Assembly (NCBI GenBank): GCA_963771465.1
Contig: CAVYTU010000008.1
Location: 64,001 to 128,000, forward strand
Direction of reading: 5' to 3'
Length of the DNA stretch: 64,000 bases
Source of the DNA: an uncultured delta proteobacterium
Lineage (GTDB): Bacteria; Desulfobacterota; Binatia; UBA9968
Shown here: positions 8,707 to 19,240 of the stretch, piece after piece
Numbering within the stretch: the stretch's first letter is position 1
Layout of the letters: each line of letters starts with the position of its first letter
Translations under genes and position numbers: made by a program
The notes under the pieces: generated by a model
What the model was told of the DNA's origin: nothing
The model's database searches: none
What the model saw: the letters and a program-made list of their open reading frames with translations, nothing else

Positions 8707-10455
8707 TCACGCCAAAGGATTCTTGCAGATCACGTTCAGCAGCGCCTGCCGCCTTTCCTCTTTCACCACCTTCAAGGCTTTCGCGATCGCATCAGGCAAC
8801 TGATCGGGTTCATCAACTCGCGCCGCGTAGGCGCCGCAGGCTTGCGCGGTCAATTCGAAGTTCGGCGACGGGCTCAAGTCCGTGCCGGGGAAATTGCGCG
8901 TCCTGGCCGCGACGCCGTCGGGGAACAGCCCGCGCGCGGCATTCAAGCTCGCGTTCCATACTTGGTTATTGTAAATGACCGTCAAGAACGGAATCTGATA
9001 TTTCTGGGCGGTGAAGTGGCATGCCGTCGGCGCGCAGAACATGTACGAGCCGTCGCCCTCGGCGGCGATCACGGTGGCGTCCGGCGCACCGAGCTTCATG
9101 CCGATCGCCGCGCCCAAACCCCAGCCAAGATGGCCGGCGAGCGGCGTATTGAACATCGAACCGGGCCGATTCAGGTGAATCACTTCGGCCAGTTTCGACG
9201 TGATCGTCTCGTTGGCGATGATCGTTTTGTCATCCATCGCAGCGCCGATACACTTCGACAGCCAATAGGGATGAATCGGATTCTGATGCTTGACCGCTTC
9301 GACGCTCGCGTCCATTTCGTTGATCACCGCTGTGTGTTCCGCTTCGATCTTTCGCCGCCGCTCCTCAAGCTTAGCTTTCATCAGCTTATTCGCCCCAAGC
9401 TTATCGCGAATAATCGCAGTTAGCGCTGGCAACGACACGTCGGAGCAACCGGTGATCGGCAAATCTGCCGGAAAACCCCAACCAGGAATGCCGGTGAACA
9501 GCGGATCGCGCTCTAGGTGGATAATCCTCACCCCGTCGCGCAGCACGCTTCGGCTCGGCGGCTCCCACGGCACGTCGGTGTCGATGAAAAACAGCACGTC
9601 GGAATTTTTCACGTATTTGGTTATCTGCGTGCCGAGATAGAGCGGGTGATCGGTGGGGAAATTAACATGCGTCAGCTGCTGCACCACCGGGATCGCCAGC
9701 AATTCGGCAAGCTCGACCAGATATTGTACGGCTTCGGGATTGCGCCCGAGATATTTCGTCACGATCAGCGGACTCTCGGCGCCGATCAGCCACTCGGCGG
9801 TTTTCTCCAGCGAAGCCTGATCCGCCTGCGCCTTGGTTGCCGGCGCCAACGCGTCCGCAGTGAGCACCTGTGTCGACTCCAGCGCTTCGGCGAGCCACTC
9901 GCGCGGCAAAGTCATATACACCGGACCGCGCGGCTCGCTCATGGCGATCTTGTAGGCGCGCGAAACCACGGCGGCGAGATTCTGGTTGGTGCGAATTTCG
10001 TAGTCCCATTTGACGAACTCGCGTACGATGTTGCCTTGATCGCGCGACTCCTGGCGCCAGTGAATATTTTGACTTTTGCCACCGCGCAGCTCGCCCTCGG
10101 TGATCGGCGTCCGCCCGGCGCAGAGAAATAGCGGCACATTGCACGACGCAGCGTTGATCACGCCCCCTAGCGCATTGGCTGTGCCTGGCAGTGTATGAAC
10201 GAGCACCATCTGCGGCTGCTGTGTGACATTGTAATAACCATGCGCCATCGATACCGCCGCTTGTTCGTGCGGCACAACGATGGGCCGGATATCGCGCGGA
10301 TCTTCACCCGCCGTGCGCGCCATCGCTTCAATCAGCGGGCCGTGATCGGTGCCGGTGTTGGCGAACATGTAGCGCACCGAGCCGAGCGCGCGCATTTGCG
10401 CGAGAAAAGCTTCCGCGCCGGTTGAAACTGCAACCGTCGTGTTTGGTGTCGTCAT
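8707..10455 (-). CDS. Thiamine diphosphate-dependent enzyme (paralog of 6608-8392)
   Basis: PHEQAAVSMAHGY; EGDGSYMF...IYNN ThDP motif. Confidence 0.9.
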   Translation of the reverse strand: MTTPNTTVAVSTGAEAFLAQMRALGSVRYMFANTGTDHGPLIEAMARTAGEDPRDIRPIVVPHEQAAVSMAHGYYNVTQQPQMVLVHTLPGTANALGGVINAASCNVPLFLCAGRTPITEGELRGGKSQNIHWRQESRDQGNIVREFVKWDYEIRTNQNLAAVVSRAYKIAMSEPRGPVYMTLPREWLAEALESTQVLTADALAPATKAQADQASLEKTAEWLIGAESPLIVTKYLGRNPEAVQYLVELAELLAIPVVQQLTHVNFPTDHPLYLGTQITKYVKNSDVLFFIDTDVPWEPPSRSVLRDGVRIIHLERDPLFTGIPGWGFPADLPITGCSDVSLPALTAIIRDKLGANKLMKAKLEERRRKIEAEHTAVINEMDASVEAVKHQNPIHPYWLSKCIGAAMDDKTIIANETITSKLAEVIHLNRPGSMFNTPLAGHLGWGLGAAIGMKLGAPDATVIAAEGDGSYMFCAPTACHFTAQKYQIPFLTVIYNNQVWNASLNAARGLFPDGVAARTRNFPGTDLSPSPNFELTAQACGAYAARVDEPDQLPDAIAKALKVVKEERRQALLNVICKNPLA

Positions 10456-10636
10456 TATTTGCTCCTTCGAAGATGAAAATTATGCGGGAATAGAATCGAA
10501 CCTCGGCGTAGCGCCGCTAAAACGGCCTAACTCTGTCAGGAGTCGGATAAGTTTGCAACGCGAATTTTGATTCGCTTTTCGCGGACAGTGAATTGACTTT
10601 GCATCACCCCTGCCGCAATGATCGAAGCTTCGAGCC

Positions 10637-11809
10637 ATGACGACCAGCGACGCAACGGGAGCCGAATCCCAGAAGAATCCGTGGCTCAAGGATTTCTCGC
10701 TTACCTGGCTTAGCCGCTTCGGGGTTTTTCTCGCGCACCATGTTACGCGGCCGCTGATCCCGCTCTATTTGATCACTTTCGGCGCGTCATCGACCGTGAT
10801 TGGTGCGGTGATGGCAGTGTTCACAGTGACCGCAACGGCGATGCGTATCCCGATCGGCTTGTATATCGATAAAATTGGCCGCAAACCCTTCTTACTCTAC
10901 GGCATTGTTTTTTTCGCGGTTGGCAAGCTTGGTTATCTCTGGGCGCCGTCGATTCTGCTGATGTTGCCGTTTCGCGTGCTGCACGGGCTGGGTTGGTCCG
11001 GTTGCACCACGGCAGTGTCGACGATATCCGCCGACATCGTGCCACCGGCTCGCCGCGGCGAACTGATGGGTTACGCCGCTATGGCGAGCAGCTTGGCTTC
11101 AGCCTTGGGACCCGTGCTCGGCTTCGCGCTCTATCACCGTTACCAATTTACCGGCGTCTTTCTCGGCGCCGGCGCCGTACTCATCTTGAGTTTCCTGTTT
11201 GCCCTGCCAGTTTCAGAACCGCAACGACCGCAAAGTACGCCGAAAAAATCCGACCGCGCGCTCGACAACATCATGGTGAAAGAATCAATCGACCCAGCCA
11301 TCGGCGTAGCCTTTCTCTCATTCGGCCACGGCGGCATACTGACCTTTCTACCGATCCACGCTTTGCAAATCGGCCTGGCCAATCCCGGCATTTGGTTCGG
11401 AATCTACGCGGTATGCATCCTACTCAGCCGACCCATCGCCGGGCCGATCTCGGACAAAGTGAGCCGACACGCCGTGATCATCCCTGGACTCATGCTGAAC
11501 ATCGCCGGCATCCTGCTTCTCGCCTTTTCGACGTCGTCGAACTGGTTAATCGCGGCGGCGATCATCGGCGGCTTCGGCACCGGCGCGGCACAGCCGGCAT
11601 TGATGACTCTCGCCGTCGACCAGAGCAGCGCCGAGCGACGCGGCCAGTCCCTGGCGCAGTTTCAATTTTTCTACGATCTCGGCATCGGCATCGGCTCCTT
11701 GACCCTCGGCGCGTTACTTGATTTGGTCAACCAAAGTTTTCTAATCATGTACCTCGTCACCGCCGGCGTGGCGCTGATCGGCCTGTGGATCAATTGGCGA
11801 GAACAATAA
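10637..11809 (+). CDS. MFS transporter
   Basis: GLYIDKIGRK motif A; about 12 hydrophobic segments. Confidence 0.88.
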   Translation: MTTSDATGAESQKNPWLKDFSLTWLSRFGVFLAHHVTRPLIPLYLITFGASSTVIGAVMAVFTVTATAMRIPIGLYIDKIGRKPFLLYGIVFFAVGKLGYLWAPSILLMLPFRVLHGLGWSGCTTAVSTISADIVPPARRGELMGYAAMASSLASALGPVLGFALYHRYQFTGVFLGAGAVLILSFLFALPVSEPQRPQSTPKKSDRALDNIMVKESIDPAIGVAFLSFGHGGILTFLPIHALQIGLANPGIWFGIYAVCILLSRPIAGPISDKVSRHAVIIPGLMLNIAGILLLAFSTSSNWLIAAAIIGGFGTGAAQPALMTLAVDQSSAERRGQSLAQFQFFYDLGIGIGSLTLGALLDLVNQSFLIMYLVTAGVALIGLWINWREQ

Positions 11810-11839
11810 AGTTGTTAACACGTGCACGACGTTTTTCCT

Positions 11840-11881
11840 GTCCCCTCGCTCATGAAATGGGAGAGGGCTAGGGTGAGGGTT
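11840..11881. repeat. REP-like element (CCCCTC...GGGAGAGGG.TAGGGTGAGGG)
   Basis: Palindromic intergenic motif between the MFS gene and tatD. Confidence 0.55.
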
Positions 11882-11888
11882 CCTTTTC

Positions 11889-12671
11889 ATGCTCATCGAC
11901 GCCCACGTCCACCTGGACAAATACGGCGACTTACTCGACGAAGCGCTCAAGCAAATCGAGACGGAGCGCATCTTTACCGTCGCCACCGCGATGGACATAC
12001 CTTCGTACTTGGAGCTGCGAAAGATCGGCGAACGCTCAGATCTCGTGCTGCCGACCTTCGGCATTCATCCCAGGCGCGCCACCGAATACGCCGATCGGCT
12101 GCCTGAGATCAGTCGATACATCGAGATGAGCCCGGCCATCGGCGAGATTGGCCTCGACTTTCACTGGATCAAAGATGCTTCGACCTATTCGGCGCAGCGC
12201 AAAGTTTTGGAATATTTCATCGGCGCCGCCGCCGAGCAGAACAAATTCGTCAACCTGCACACCAAAGCCGGCGAGAAGGAAATCCTCGACTTGCTAGAGA
12301 AGTACGACGTTCGTCGCGCGATCGTTCACTGGTATTCCGGCCCGCTCGATATCTTGCAAGCGATGATCGATTTTGGCTGCTACTTCACCATCGGCGTCGA
12401 AGTGCATTACTCCGATCACATCAAGGAAATCGCGAAAATGGTTCCCGAACATTTGCTGCTGACCGAAACCGACAACCCCGGCGCCCTGAAATGGTTGAAA
12501 AAAAATGACGAGATCGGAATGCCCAGGGCTATTCAAAACGTCGTCGGCAAAGTCGCCGAATTGCGGCAGACAACGCTGGAGAGGATTGAAAACATAGTTC
12601 ACGCTAACTTTTTGCGGCTCATTGCCAATGATCCGTCGCTTTTTGAAATCAGAAGTCGATTACGACCGTAG
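11889..12671 (+). CDS. tatD: TatD family deoxyribonuclease
   Basis: DAHVHL, GIHP, IGEIGLD, LLTETDNP motifs. Confidence 0.9.
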   Translation: MLIDAHVHLDKYGDLLDEALKQIETERIFTVATAMDIPSYLELRKIGERSDLVLPTFGIHPRRATEYADRLPEISRYIEMSPAIGEIGLDFHWIKDASTYSAQRKVLEYFIGAAAEQNKFVNLHTKAGEKEILDLLEKYDVRRAIVHWYSGPLDILQAMIDFGCYFTIGVEVHYSDHIKEIAKMVPEHLLLTETDNPGALKWLKKNDEIGMPRAIQNVVGKVAELRQTTLERIENIVHANFLRLIANDPSLFEIRSRLRP

Positions 12672-12726
12672 CGATCAATTGTGGATCGTGCGAAACGCCG
12701 GACGCATCGAGTGTATGTTGTAAGTG

Positions 12727-12975
12727 CGCCGAGAACATCGGCACGGTGAGAGTTTTGACTACCGCCGCGATTTGAATGACGTCGCCACCGCCGATCACAT
12801 TGCTGACGATCGCCGGACCGGCGAGCCCGCCGAAATTGGCCTCCCCGGCCAACATGGCTTGCACGATCACGGAGGACGCGCCTTGGTAGAACAGATCGAC
12901 ATCGAGACCATTTCTCTCGAAATGGCCGGCGTCCTTCGCCATCCACCAGGGCAAACTGGTAATCGTCATTAACAA
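12727..12975 (-). pseudogene. Remnant of an NMT1/THI5-like ABC substrate-binding protein
   Basis: SLPWWMAKDAGHFERNGLDVDLFY...QAMLAGE matches the N-terminus of paralogs at 39255 and 62991, then breaks off after about 80 aa. Confidence 0.7.
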
Positions 12976-13159
12976 CGCGGCTACATGCCAAACTCCTCCG
13001 CACATAATCTGTCCTCGAAAAGTAATTGCCGGCAATCTACGCCGGCCTCACCCCATGTCAACATAAATTTCTTGAATCCACATCGGCTCGCTGCACCTGG
13101 CATCTTGCGGCGATATTTGCGACAAACACATGAACGATCTGAACTCGGGAGGAAGCCTT

Positions 13160-14071
13160 ATGTCCGAACATACGTGGGAGTCATTCGTTGCCAGCCTTTT
13201 GGCGCTTGGCGTCGATGCCTTACAGGCGCTATTCCGCATCGGCATCATCGTCGCCGCCGGATACGTGATGATCAAACTATTGCGCGCCGGATTCGGCCGG
13301 CTGGAAAACTTTTTGATCCATGCCACCCAGAAGAGCGAACGTGTCCCCGGCGCCGCCGGTCAACGCATTAAGACGTTGGCCAGCGTGCTATGGACCATCG
13401 CCAGGGGCTTTCTCTGGTTCATCATTGTCTTGATCGTGCTTAGCCAGTTCGGCGTCAACGTCGGCCCCATCCTCGCCGGCGCCGGCGTCTTTGGGCTAGC
13501 AGCGGGTTTCGGCGCACAGCACCTAGTGCGCGATTTGGTCAGCGGATTTTTTCTGTTGCTGGAAAACCAGATTCGCGTCGGCGACATCGCGATCATCAAC
13601 GGCACGTCTGGACTAGTGGAAGCAGTAACGTTTAGAACCGTTGTTCTGCGCGATCAAGCCGGCGTGGTTCATGTTTTTCCCAACGGATTGATTAATACCC
13701 TAGCCAACGCCACCATGGACTGGTCCGCTTACGTCATCGACGTAACCGTGTCCTACAAAGAGGATACCGACCGAGTGACCGGGATCATGCACCGGGTCGC
13801 CGAAGAAATGAGGAACGAAACCGGCTATCGCCCGCTGATGATCGAACCGATCGAGATTTTCGGCGTCGATAATTTTTCTGAAAGTACCGTGACGATCAAA
13901 GCACGCCTCAAAACCCAACCGTCGCAGCAATACACCATCGGCCGCGAATACCGCCGCCGCCTCAAAAAAGCCTTCGACACCGAAGAGATTGGAATCCTTG
14001 CGGCGCGCGACACGTCGGCGCGACCCGCGCCGGCAACACCATTGCCGTTAGCAAAACCTCCTCAAGATTGA
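13160..14071 (+). CDS. Small-conductance mechanosensitive channel (MscS/YbiO-like)
   Basis: GFGAQHLVRDLVSGFFLLLENQIRVGD; GVVHVFPNG. Confidence 0.9.
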   Translation: MSEHTWESFVASLLALGVDALQALFRIGIIVAAGYVMIKLLRAGFGRLENFLIHATQKSERVPGAAGQRIKTLASVLWTIARGFLWFIIVLIVLSQFGVNVGPILAGAGVFGLAAGFGAQHLVRDLVSGFFLLLENQIRVGDIAIINGTSGLVEAVTFRTVVLRDQAGVVHVFPNGLINTLANATMDWSAYVIDVTVSYKEDTDRVTGIMHRVAEEMRNETGYRPLMIEPIEIFGVDNFSESTVTIKARLKTQPSQQYTIGREYRRRLKKAFDTEEIGILAARDTSARPAPATPLPLAKPPQD

Positions 14072-14237
14072 TCTCGCGCCAAAACTTTAATTTTAGAATC
14101 GCTTTCGCTTACCTTTGTGCCTTTGCGTCTCTGCGCGACATTGTTCCAAGGACACCGCGAATTCCCCTCTTTCCATTTCCGCCAAAGCGTGCAACTTTAG
14201 CCAACGACTCTGATGGCAACGGAGACAACACCTCACC

Positions 14238-15413
14238 TTGGCTGACACGTCTCATTCATTCACCCGCGATGAAATCGCACCAATCGTCGTCGTCAGTCTG
14301 ATCTCCGCGCTACGGCTGTTAGGGATATTTCTGATACTGCCGATTTTTAGCGCATACGCGGTACGCTATCCGAGTGCGTCCGCCGCGCTCGCGGGGGTCG
14401 CTTTTGGAATCTACGCGCTGGTGCAGTGCATCTGCCAAATCCCCCTCGGTTGGGCCAGCGACCGCTGGGGGCGTAAGCCGGTTCTAATCATCGGTCTCGC
14501 GCTCTTCTGTTTGGGCAGCGTCGCTTGCGCGCTGGCTGAATCCATTGGCGGCTTGATTCTCGCCCGCGCCTTGCAAGGCACGGGCGCCGTCGGCTCGGTC
14601 GCTTTTGCCGCCCTCGCCGATCTCACCCGCCCAAGCGTGCGCGCCCAGGCCTACACGATCACCGGCATCGCCATCGGCGCGTCGTTTATGATCGGCCTGC
14701 TCGCTGGGCCATTTCTAGCAGCGCACTTCGGTTTGAGCGGCCTGTTCTACGTGCTCGCGTTTCTCGGCTTACTCTCGCTGATCCTGGCGGCGTTTTCCTT
14801 TCCGCCGGAGCGGCGTGGCGATCGCAGCGACACGCCGATGACGCTCAGACCTATTCTCATGAACAGCCGCCTGCGGCCAATCTTCGTAGCAACATTCGCG
14901 CTCTCGTTTGCATTGAATCTGTTTTTCTTTACCTATCCGCTCAGTTGGACCGAGATCGGTTTCGATAAGGCGCAGTTGTGGAAAGTTTATCTAATCATTT
15001 TCTTGCCCAGCGTTTTGCTTGTCTTCCCGTATATGCGCCGGGCGGAGAAAGACGGCCGCTTTCGCCGGCCCATTATGCTCGGCTGGTTAAGTGCGACGAT
15101 AGGCTACGCGGTTTATCTTTTTGGCGCGCAGATCGAGCTGCTGCTTTACGTCAGCGGCGCGGCGTTTTTCTTCGGCTACAGCGTCTACCAACCGATCCTG
15201 CCGGCGTTTCTGACCCAGCAAGTTCCCGTCGCCGGCCGCGGCACGGCTAGCGGCGTCTATAATTTTTTCGGCTTTATCGGTTCGTCTCTCGGCGGCATGC
15301 TTGGCGGCGCGCTGCTACAGTTCTCGCCATCGCTTCCCGAACTTTTCGGCGTTGCTATGCTGATCGCTTGGTATTTCTTCGGATTGCCAGTCCCGCCGGA
15401 AAATAATTCTTGA
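14238..15413 (+). CDS. MFS transporter (YajR-like)
   Basis: LRLLGIFLILP, QIPLGWASDRWGRKP, RALQGTGA motifs. Confidence 0.85.
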   Translation: MADTSHSFTRDEIAPIVVVSLISALRLLGIFLILPIFSAYAVRYPSASAALAGVAFGIYALVQCICQIPLGWASDRWGRKPVLIIGLALFCLGSVACALAESIGGLILARALQGTGAVGSVAFAALADLTRPSVRAQAYTITGIAIGASFMIGLLAGPFLAAHFGLSGLFYVLAFLGLLSLILAAFSFPPERRGDRSDTPMTLRPILMNSRLRPIFVATFALSFALNLFFFTYPLSWTEIGFDKAQLWKVYLIIFLPSVLLVFPYMRRAEKDGRFRRPIMLGWLSATIGYAVYLFGAQIELLLYVSGAAFFFGYSVYQPILPAFLTQQVPVAGRGTASGVYNFFGFIGSSLGGMLGGALLQFSPSLPELFGVAMLIAWYFFGLPVPPENNS

Positions 15414-15462
15414 CGCGTCGAGCGAGCGTTGCACCGATATCGGCCTTAGTGTAGTCACAACC

Positions 15463-15864
15463 ATGAGGAAGCCTATGAACCGACGCCAATCGTTTGCGTG
15501 CCTAAGTTATTTTCTAATCGCAGTCATGCTAGTCGCCTGCGGCGGTTCGCGTGACGAAACCATTTCCGGGGTAACAATCCCCGTGCCCAGCGCGATGAAA
15601 AAAGGCACAGAGAAACCCGTTGAGATAGCCATCCTCGGCTTCGGCGCCGGCCAAACAACATTTCACGGCAGCATGGAAATCGACAAACTGGTCGAGTTTT
15701 ACAAAAAGGAAATGCCGGCACGCGGCTGGCATGCGAGCATGAATCTCTTGAGCGGCGGCGCCATGCTCGCCTACAGCAAAGACGCAAAGTCGCTGCTAAT
15801 CGGCATCAGCAAACAGAGCGGCGAGACCGTCTTGTCATTAACCGTCAGCGGTGTCGGTAAATAA
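15463..15864 (+). CDS. Hypothetical lipoprotein
   Basis: Lipobox LVAC; LVEFYKKEMPARGW motif. Confidence 0.7.
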   Translation: MRKPMNRRQSFACLSYFLIAVMLVACGGSRDETISGVTIPVPSAMKKGTEKPVEIAILGFGAGQTTFHGSMEIDKLVEFYKKEMPARGWHASMNLLSGGAMLAYSKDAKSLLIGISKQSGETVLSLTVSGVGK

Positions 15865-15923
15865 TAGAGGACAGAGGATCGCAAGCTTCGACCCGCCATC
15901 AGCCATCCTCGACCCTCAGCGCT

Positions 15924-16790
15924 TCAATCCTTACCCAGCGAGACGGCAAAGATCCCCGCAACCACCAACGCCGCGCCGGCGAGTTTTTGTTTGGTCACAC
16001 TTTCGATTTGCCGCGCCATGAACGGCGTCAAGATCGATACGAACACGGTGTAACTATTCACCAGCGGCGCGACGATCGAAACCCGCTCCATGCTGTAGGC
16101 GACGTACATGAAGAGAAACGACCCGCCCGTGAAGATCCCCGATGAAACGAACCAACGTGCTACGTGAGGCGGCGGCAAGACAAACGGTTGTTTCTGGAAA
16201 TAACGCGTGATGAGAAAAATCTCGATGGTCGATGTCAGCGCCGCGATCCCGGCGGCGAGAATCGGTTGTCCGTTGCCTTCGGCTAAACCCCAGCGCACTG
16301 CGATATCCTTGCCGGAAAAGAGCAGCGCGCAGAGAAACGGAAAAATCAACTCGATCCGATCGTAAGAAGTTTTTTCGCCGCCCAAAGAAACGACGATCAA
16401 TCCGCCAACGGTCAGCCCCACGCCGGCCAATACCAGCAGGCTCGGCCGCTCACCGAGAATGACAATCGCCAACAGCGTGGAAAACATTGGAGTCGTATTA
16501 ACAATCGTCGACGTAATGGAACTGCCCAAGGTACGAATGCCGCGAAAACTCAAAACGCGGGTCACGCCGGGCACGAATAAACCGACCGCGACATAGATTA
16601 GGTTGTCGGCGACCCACAGCCGAGTTTCCCCTTCGACGATAAAATGAAACGCCAACAGGAACAGCGCATTAAAAACAATCGTGATCCACGCACCCCAGGG
16701 GGCCGGCGCAATATAGTAGCCGCGCTGGGCCAACAGGCTGGCAATGGCGAAGCAAAGCGACGTCAATATTCCGAATAAAATCGGCAGCAC
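15924..16790 (-). CDS. DMT/EamA family transporter
   Basis: About 10 TM segments with two EamA repeats (ILGERPS; VSIVAPL). Confidence 0.85.
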   Translation of the reverse strand: MLPILFGILTSLCFAIASLLAQRGYYIAPAPWGAWITIVFNALFLLAFHFIVEGETRLWVADNLIYVAVGLFVPGVTRVLSFRGIRTLGSSITSTIVNTTPMFSTLLAIVILGERPSLLVLAGVGLTVGGLIVVSLGGEKTSYDRIELIFPFLCALLFSGKDIAVRWGLAEGNGQPILAAGIAALTSTIEIFLITRYFQKQPFVLPPPHVARWFVSSGIFTGGSFLFMYVAYSMERVSIVAPLVNSYTVFVSILTPFMARQIESVTKQKLAGAALVVAGIFAVSLGKD

Positions 16791-16862
16791 GGCGTGGCGC
16801 GAGTTCCCTTCACGGATGTTTTCGTCTACAGTGCGTTATAGCTGAAAATCTGCTGAACTGCA

Positions 16863-17927
16863 TTGAAGCCCGCGAAGAATTCCTCCCGTATCCGTCGAAA
16901 ACTGCTCCTTTGGTACGACCGCAACAAACGCGACTTACCCTGGCGCCGCAGCCGCGATCCCTACGAAATCTGGATCTCGGAAACGATGCTGCAACAAACC
17001 CAGGTCAAAACGGTTCTGCCTTACTACGAGAAATTTCTCCGCGCATTTCCGACCCTGGGTGCGCTCGATCGCGCGCCCATCGAGAAAGTTCTCCGCCTGT
17101 GGTCCGGTCTCGGCTATTACCGGCGCGCCGAGAATCTCAAGAAGGCCGCGCGCCAGCTCACGCGCGATCACGGCGGCAAGCTGCCGCAAGACTATGCCGC
17201 GTTGCGCGAGTTGGCTGGGATTGGCGAATACACCGCCGGCGCGATTCTTAGCATCGCTTTTCAGCAACGCTATCCTGCCGTCGACGGCAACGTGCGCCGC
17301 GTGCTCGCCCGACTCATCGCTGTCAATGAAAAGACTCTGCAAGCGCGCGCAATGGCGCTCGTACCGCGCTCGCGCCCCGGTGATTTCAATCAGGCCTTGA
17401 TGGAATTGGGCGCAACGGTATGCAGCCCGAAAGAACCGCACTGCGAGCAATGCCCGCTTGCCTCGGAATGTGTTGCGCATGCGCAGAGCAGTCAAAACCT
17501 TAAGCGAGGCGCGCGCAATCAAATTAAATTCATAAACATAACTTGGCCGCTCGCCATCGTGCGCCAGCGCGGCAAAATCCTTTTGCGCCGGCGCGCCGAC
17601 AACGGATTGATGGCCCGTTTGTGGGAACTACCCGGCGGCGAAACGACGGCGCGCCGCAGCGCCATCGCCCGTTTGCGAAACGAGCTAAAGCAGCTCGGCG
17701 TGAATCCAAGACAGCTGCAATCGATCGGCGAGATTCGCCACAGCATCACACACCGGCGCATTCGAGCCCCGATCTATTTAATTAAGTGTCCGGCGGCCTC
17801 CGAACTCCGACTAGCGGAGCAACAATGGCGCTGGTTTCGCGCGCCGACAATTCCGCGCCAAGCGATCTCATCGATGACGGCAAAAGCGCTGCGGATTTTA
17901 GACCGCTATGAAAAAAGTCTTCTTTAG
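16863..17927 (+). CDS. mutY: A/G-specific adenine glycosylase
   Basis: RDLPWR, ISETMLQQT, WSGLGYYRRA, VDGNVRRV, CSPKEPHCEQCPL...C 4Fe-4S motif, NUDIX-like C-terminus. Confidence 0.95.
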   Translation: MKPAKNSSRIRRKLLLWYDRNKRDLPWRRSRDPYEIWISETMLQQTQVKTVLPYYEKFLRAFPTLGALDRAPIEKVLRLWSGLGYYRRAENLKKAARQLTRDHGGKLPQDYAALRELAGIGEYTAGAILSIAFQQRYPAVDGNVRRVLARLIAVNEKTLQARAMALVPRSRPGDFNQALMELGATVCSPKEPHCEQCPLASECVAHAQSSQNLKRGARNQIKFINITWPLAIVRQRGKILLRRRADNGLMARLWELPGGETTARRSAIARLRNELKQLGVNPRQLQSIGEIRHSITHRRIRAPIYLIKCPAASELRLAEQQWRWFRAPTIPRQAISSMTAKALRILDRYEKSLL

Positions 17928-18669
17928 CAGTCTGCTCGTCACGTTGCTCGTCGGCGTCGTCGGGTACGTTTACGTGACGCTGCCCGACGTGGCGCAATTG
18001 AAGCAGAAAAATCCCAAAAGTACGGCGCTGATGGAGCTACGCGACGAGGAGTACAAAAAGAAAAACCTCCGCGCCGCGCGCCAGCAAATCTGGGTTTCCT
18101 ACGGGGCAATCTCAGAGCATTTGAAGAAAGCGGTTTTAATCAGCGAAGACGCCGCATTTTTCAGCCACAAGGGCGTCGATGTAAACGAGTTCAAAGCGGC
18201 GCTCAAGAGAGACTGGGAAACTTTGAGTTTTTCCCGCGGCGGCAGCACGATTACCATGCAGCTGGCGAAAAATCTGTATTTGACGCCGTCGAAAAATCCG
18301 CTGCGCAAGGCAAAAGAAATCGTCATCGCACATCAGCTCGAGCGAGCGCTCTCCAAGCGGCGCATTTTTGAAATTTATTTGAACGTCGTTGAGTGGGGCC
18401 GCAATATTTACGGTATCGAGGCGGCGGCGCGTCACTACTTTGGGAAATCCGCCGGCGCCCTCGAACCTCTCGAAGCCGCAACTTTGGCGGCACTGCTACC
18501 CAGCCCGCTTAAATCCCAGGATCGGAGTATTCTGAACCGCCGAAATCTTATCCTCAGCCGCTTGGCCAGCGTCGGTTACCTAAGCAACGACGAGTTGCAG
18601 CAAAGCAAGCGCGCGCCGCTCTACCAGAAAGTCGAAGAAGCGGCGCCCGACTTGCCTGCCGACGAGTAA
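17908..18669 (+). CDS. mtgA: Monofunctional peptidoglycan transglycosylase
   Basis: SEDAAFFSHKGVD, RGGSTITMQLAKN, RKAKE, YLNVVEWG GT51 motifs. Confidence 0.92.
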   Translation: MKKVFFSSLLVTLLVGVVGYVYVTLPDVAQLKQKNPKSTALMELRDEEYKKKNLRAARQQIWVSYGAISEHLKKAVLISEDAAFFSHKGVDVNEFKAALKRDWETLSFSRGGSTITMQLAKNLYLTPSKNPLRKAKEIVIAHQLERALSKRRIFEIYLNVVEWGRNIYGIEAAARHYFGKSAGALEPLEAATLAALLPSPLKSQDRSILNRRNLILSRLASVGYLSNDELQQSKRAPLYQKVEEAAPDLPADE

Positions 18670-18779
18670 TAGCGGCACTCGCACCGGCTAACCCGCGATT
18701 TTTCACCGAGTCGGATATACCATTTGCTCGGTAAAAGCGTCTAATTCGACAGGAGAGCGTGAAAGGACGCAGAAAGACA

Positions 18780-18992
18780 ATGGAAAAGACCAGCAGTTAC
18801 CGGCTCGAAACAACCCTTAGCGACTTGATCGCCGCCGCCGGCGAAGTGGCGTTTGAATACTCGGAAAACGACAAAGATGCCTTCACCCTGGCGCAATTCG
18901 CGCTAGTGGAATTGCTCCGAAAAACCACTCAGAGAGTTGGCCTTGATAAAGAATTTGAAAATATCGCGTCTCCGTCGCAACTTATCCACTAG
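18780..18992 (+). CDS. Small hypothetical protein (70 aa)
   Basis: ORF in an intergenic gap with protein-like helical composition (TTLSDLIAAAGEVA). Confidence 0.55.
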   Translation: MEKTSSYRLETTLSDLIAAAGEVAFEYSENDKDAFTLAQFALVELLRKTTQRVGLDKEFENIASPSQLIH

Positions 18993-19106
18993 ATAGTCTG
19001 CCAAGGGTCGAGGATGGCAAATGGAGGATCCAAGATCGCCATCGCTATTCTCGACCTCCATCCTCGATCTTCGATCCTCGACCGATCTTACTTCGGCCTG
19101 ATTCTG

Positions 19107-19131
19107 GGAACTTTCCCTGCTCGAATCCGTT
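19107..19131 (+). promoter_or_regulatory. Putative ECF sigma factor promoter (GGAAC-N16-CGTT)
   Basis: GGAACTTTCCCTGCTCGAATCCGTT, about 110 nt upstream of the thioredoxin-msrPQ operon. Confidence 0.45.
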
Positions 19132-19240
19132 TTGATCTCCAGAAGTTGACGAGCGCAGCTTATACACCTGCCGGCACATCTAAATAGCGTGCAACGGCAC
19201 GCCCGGAGCAGCGCCGGAGATCGCTTGAAAGGAGCACGGA

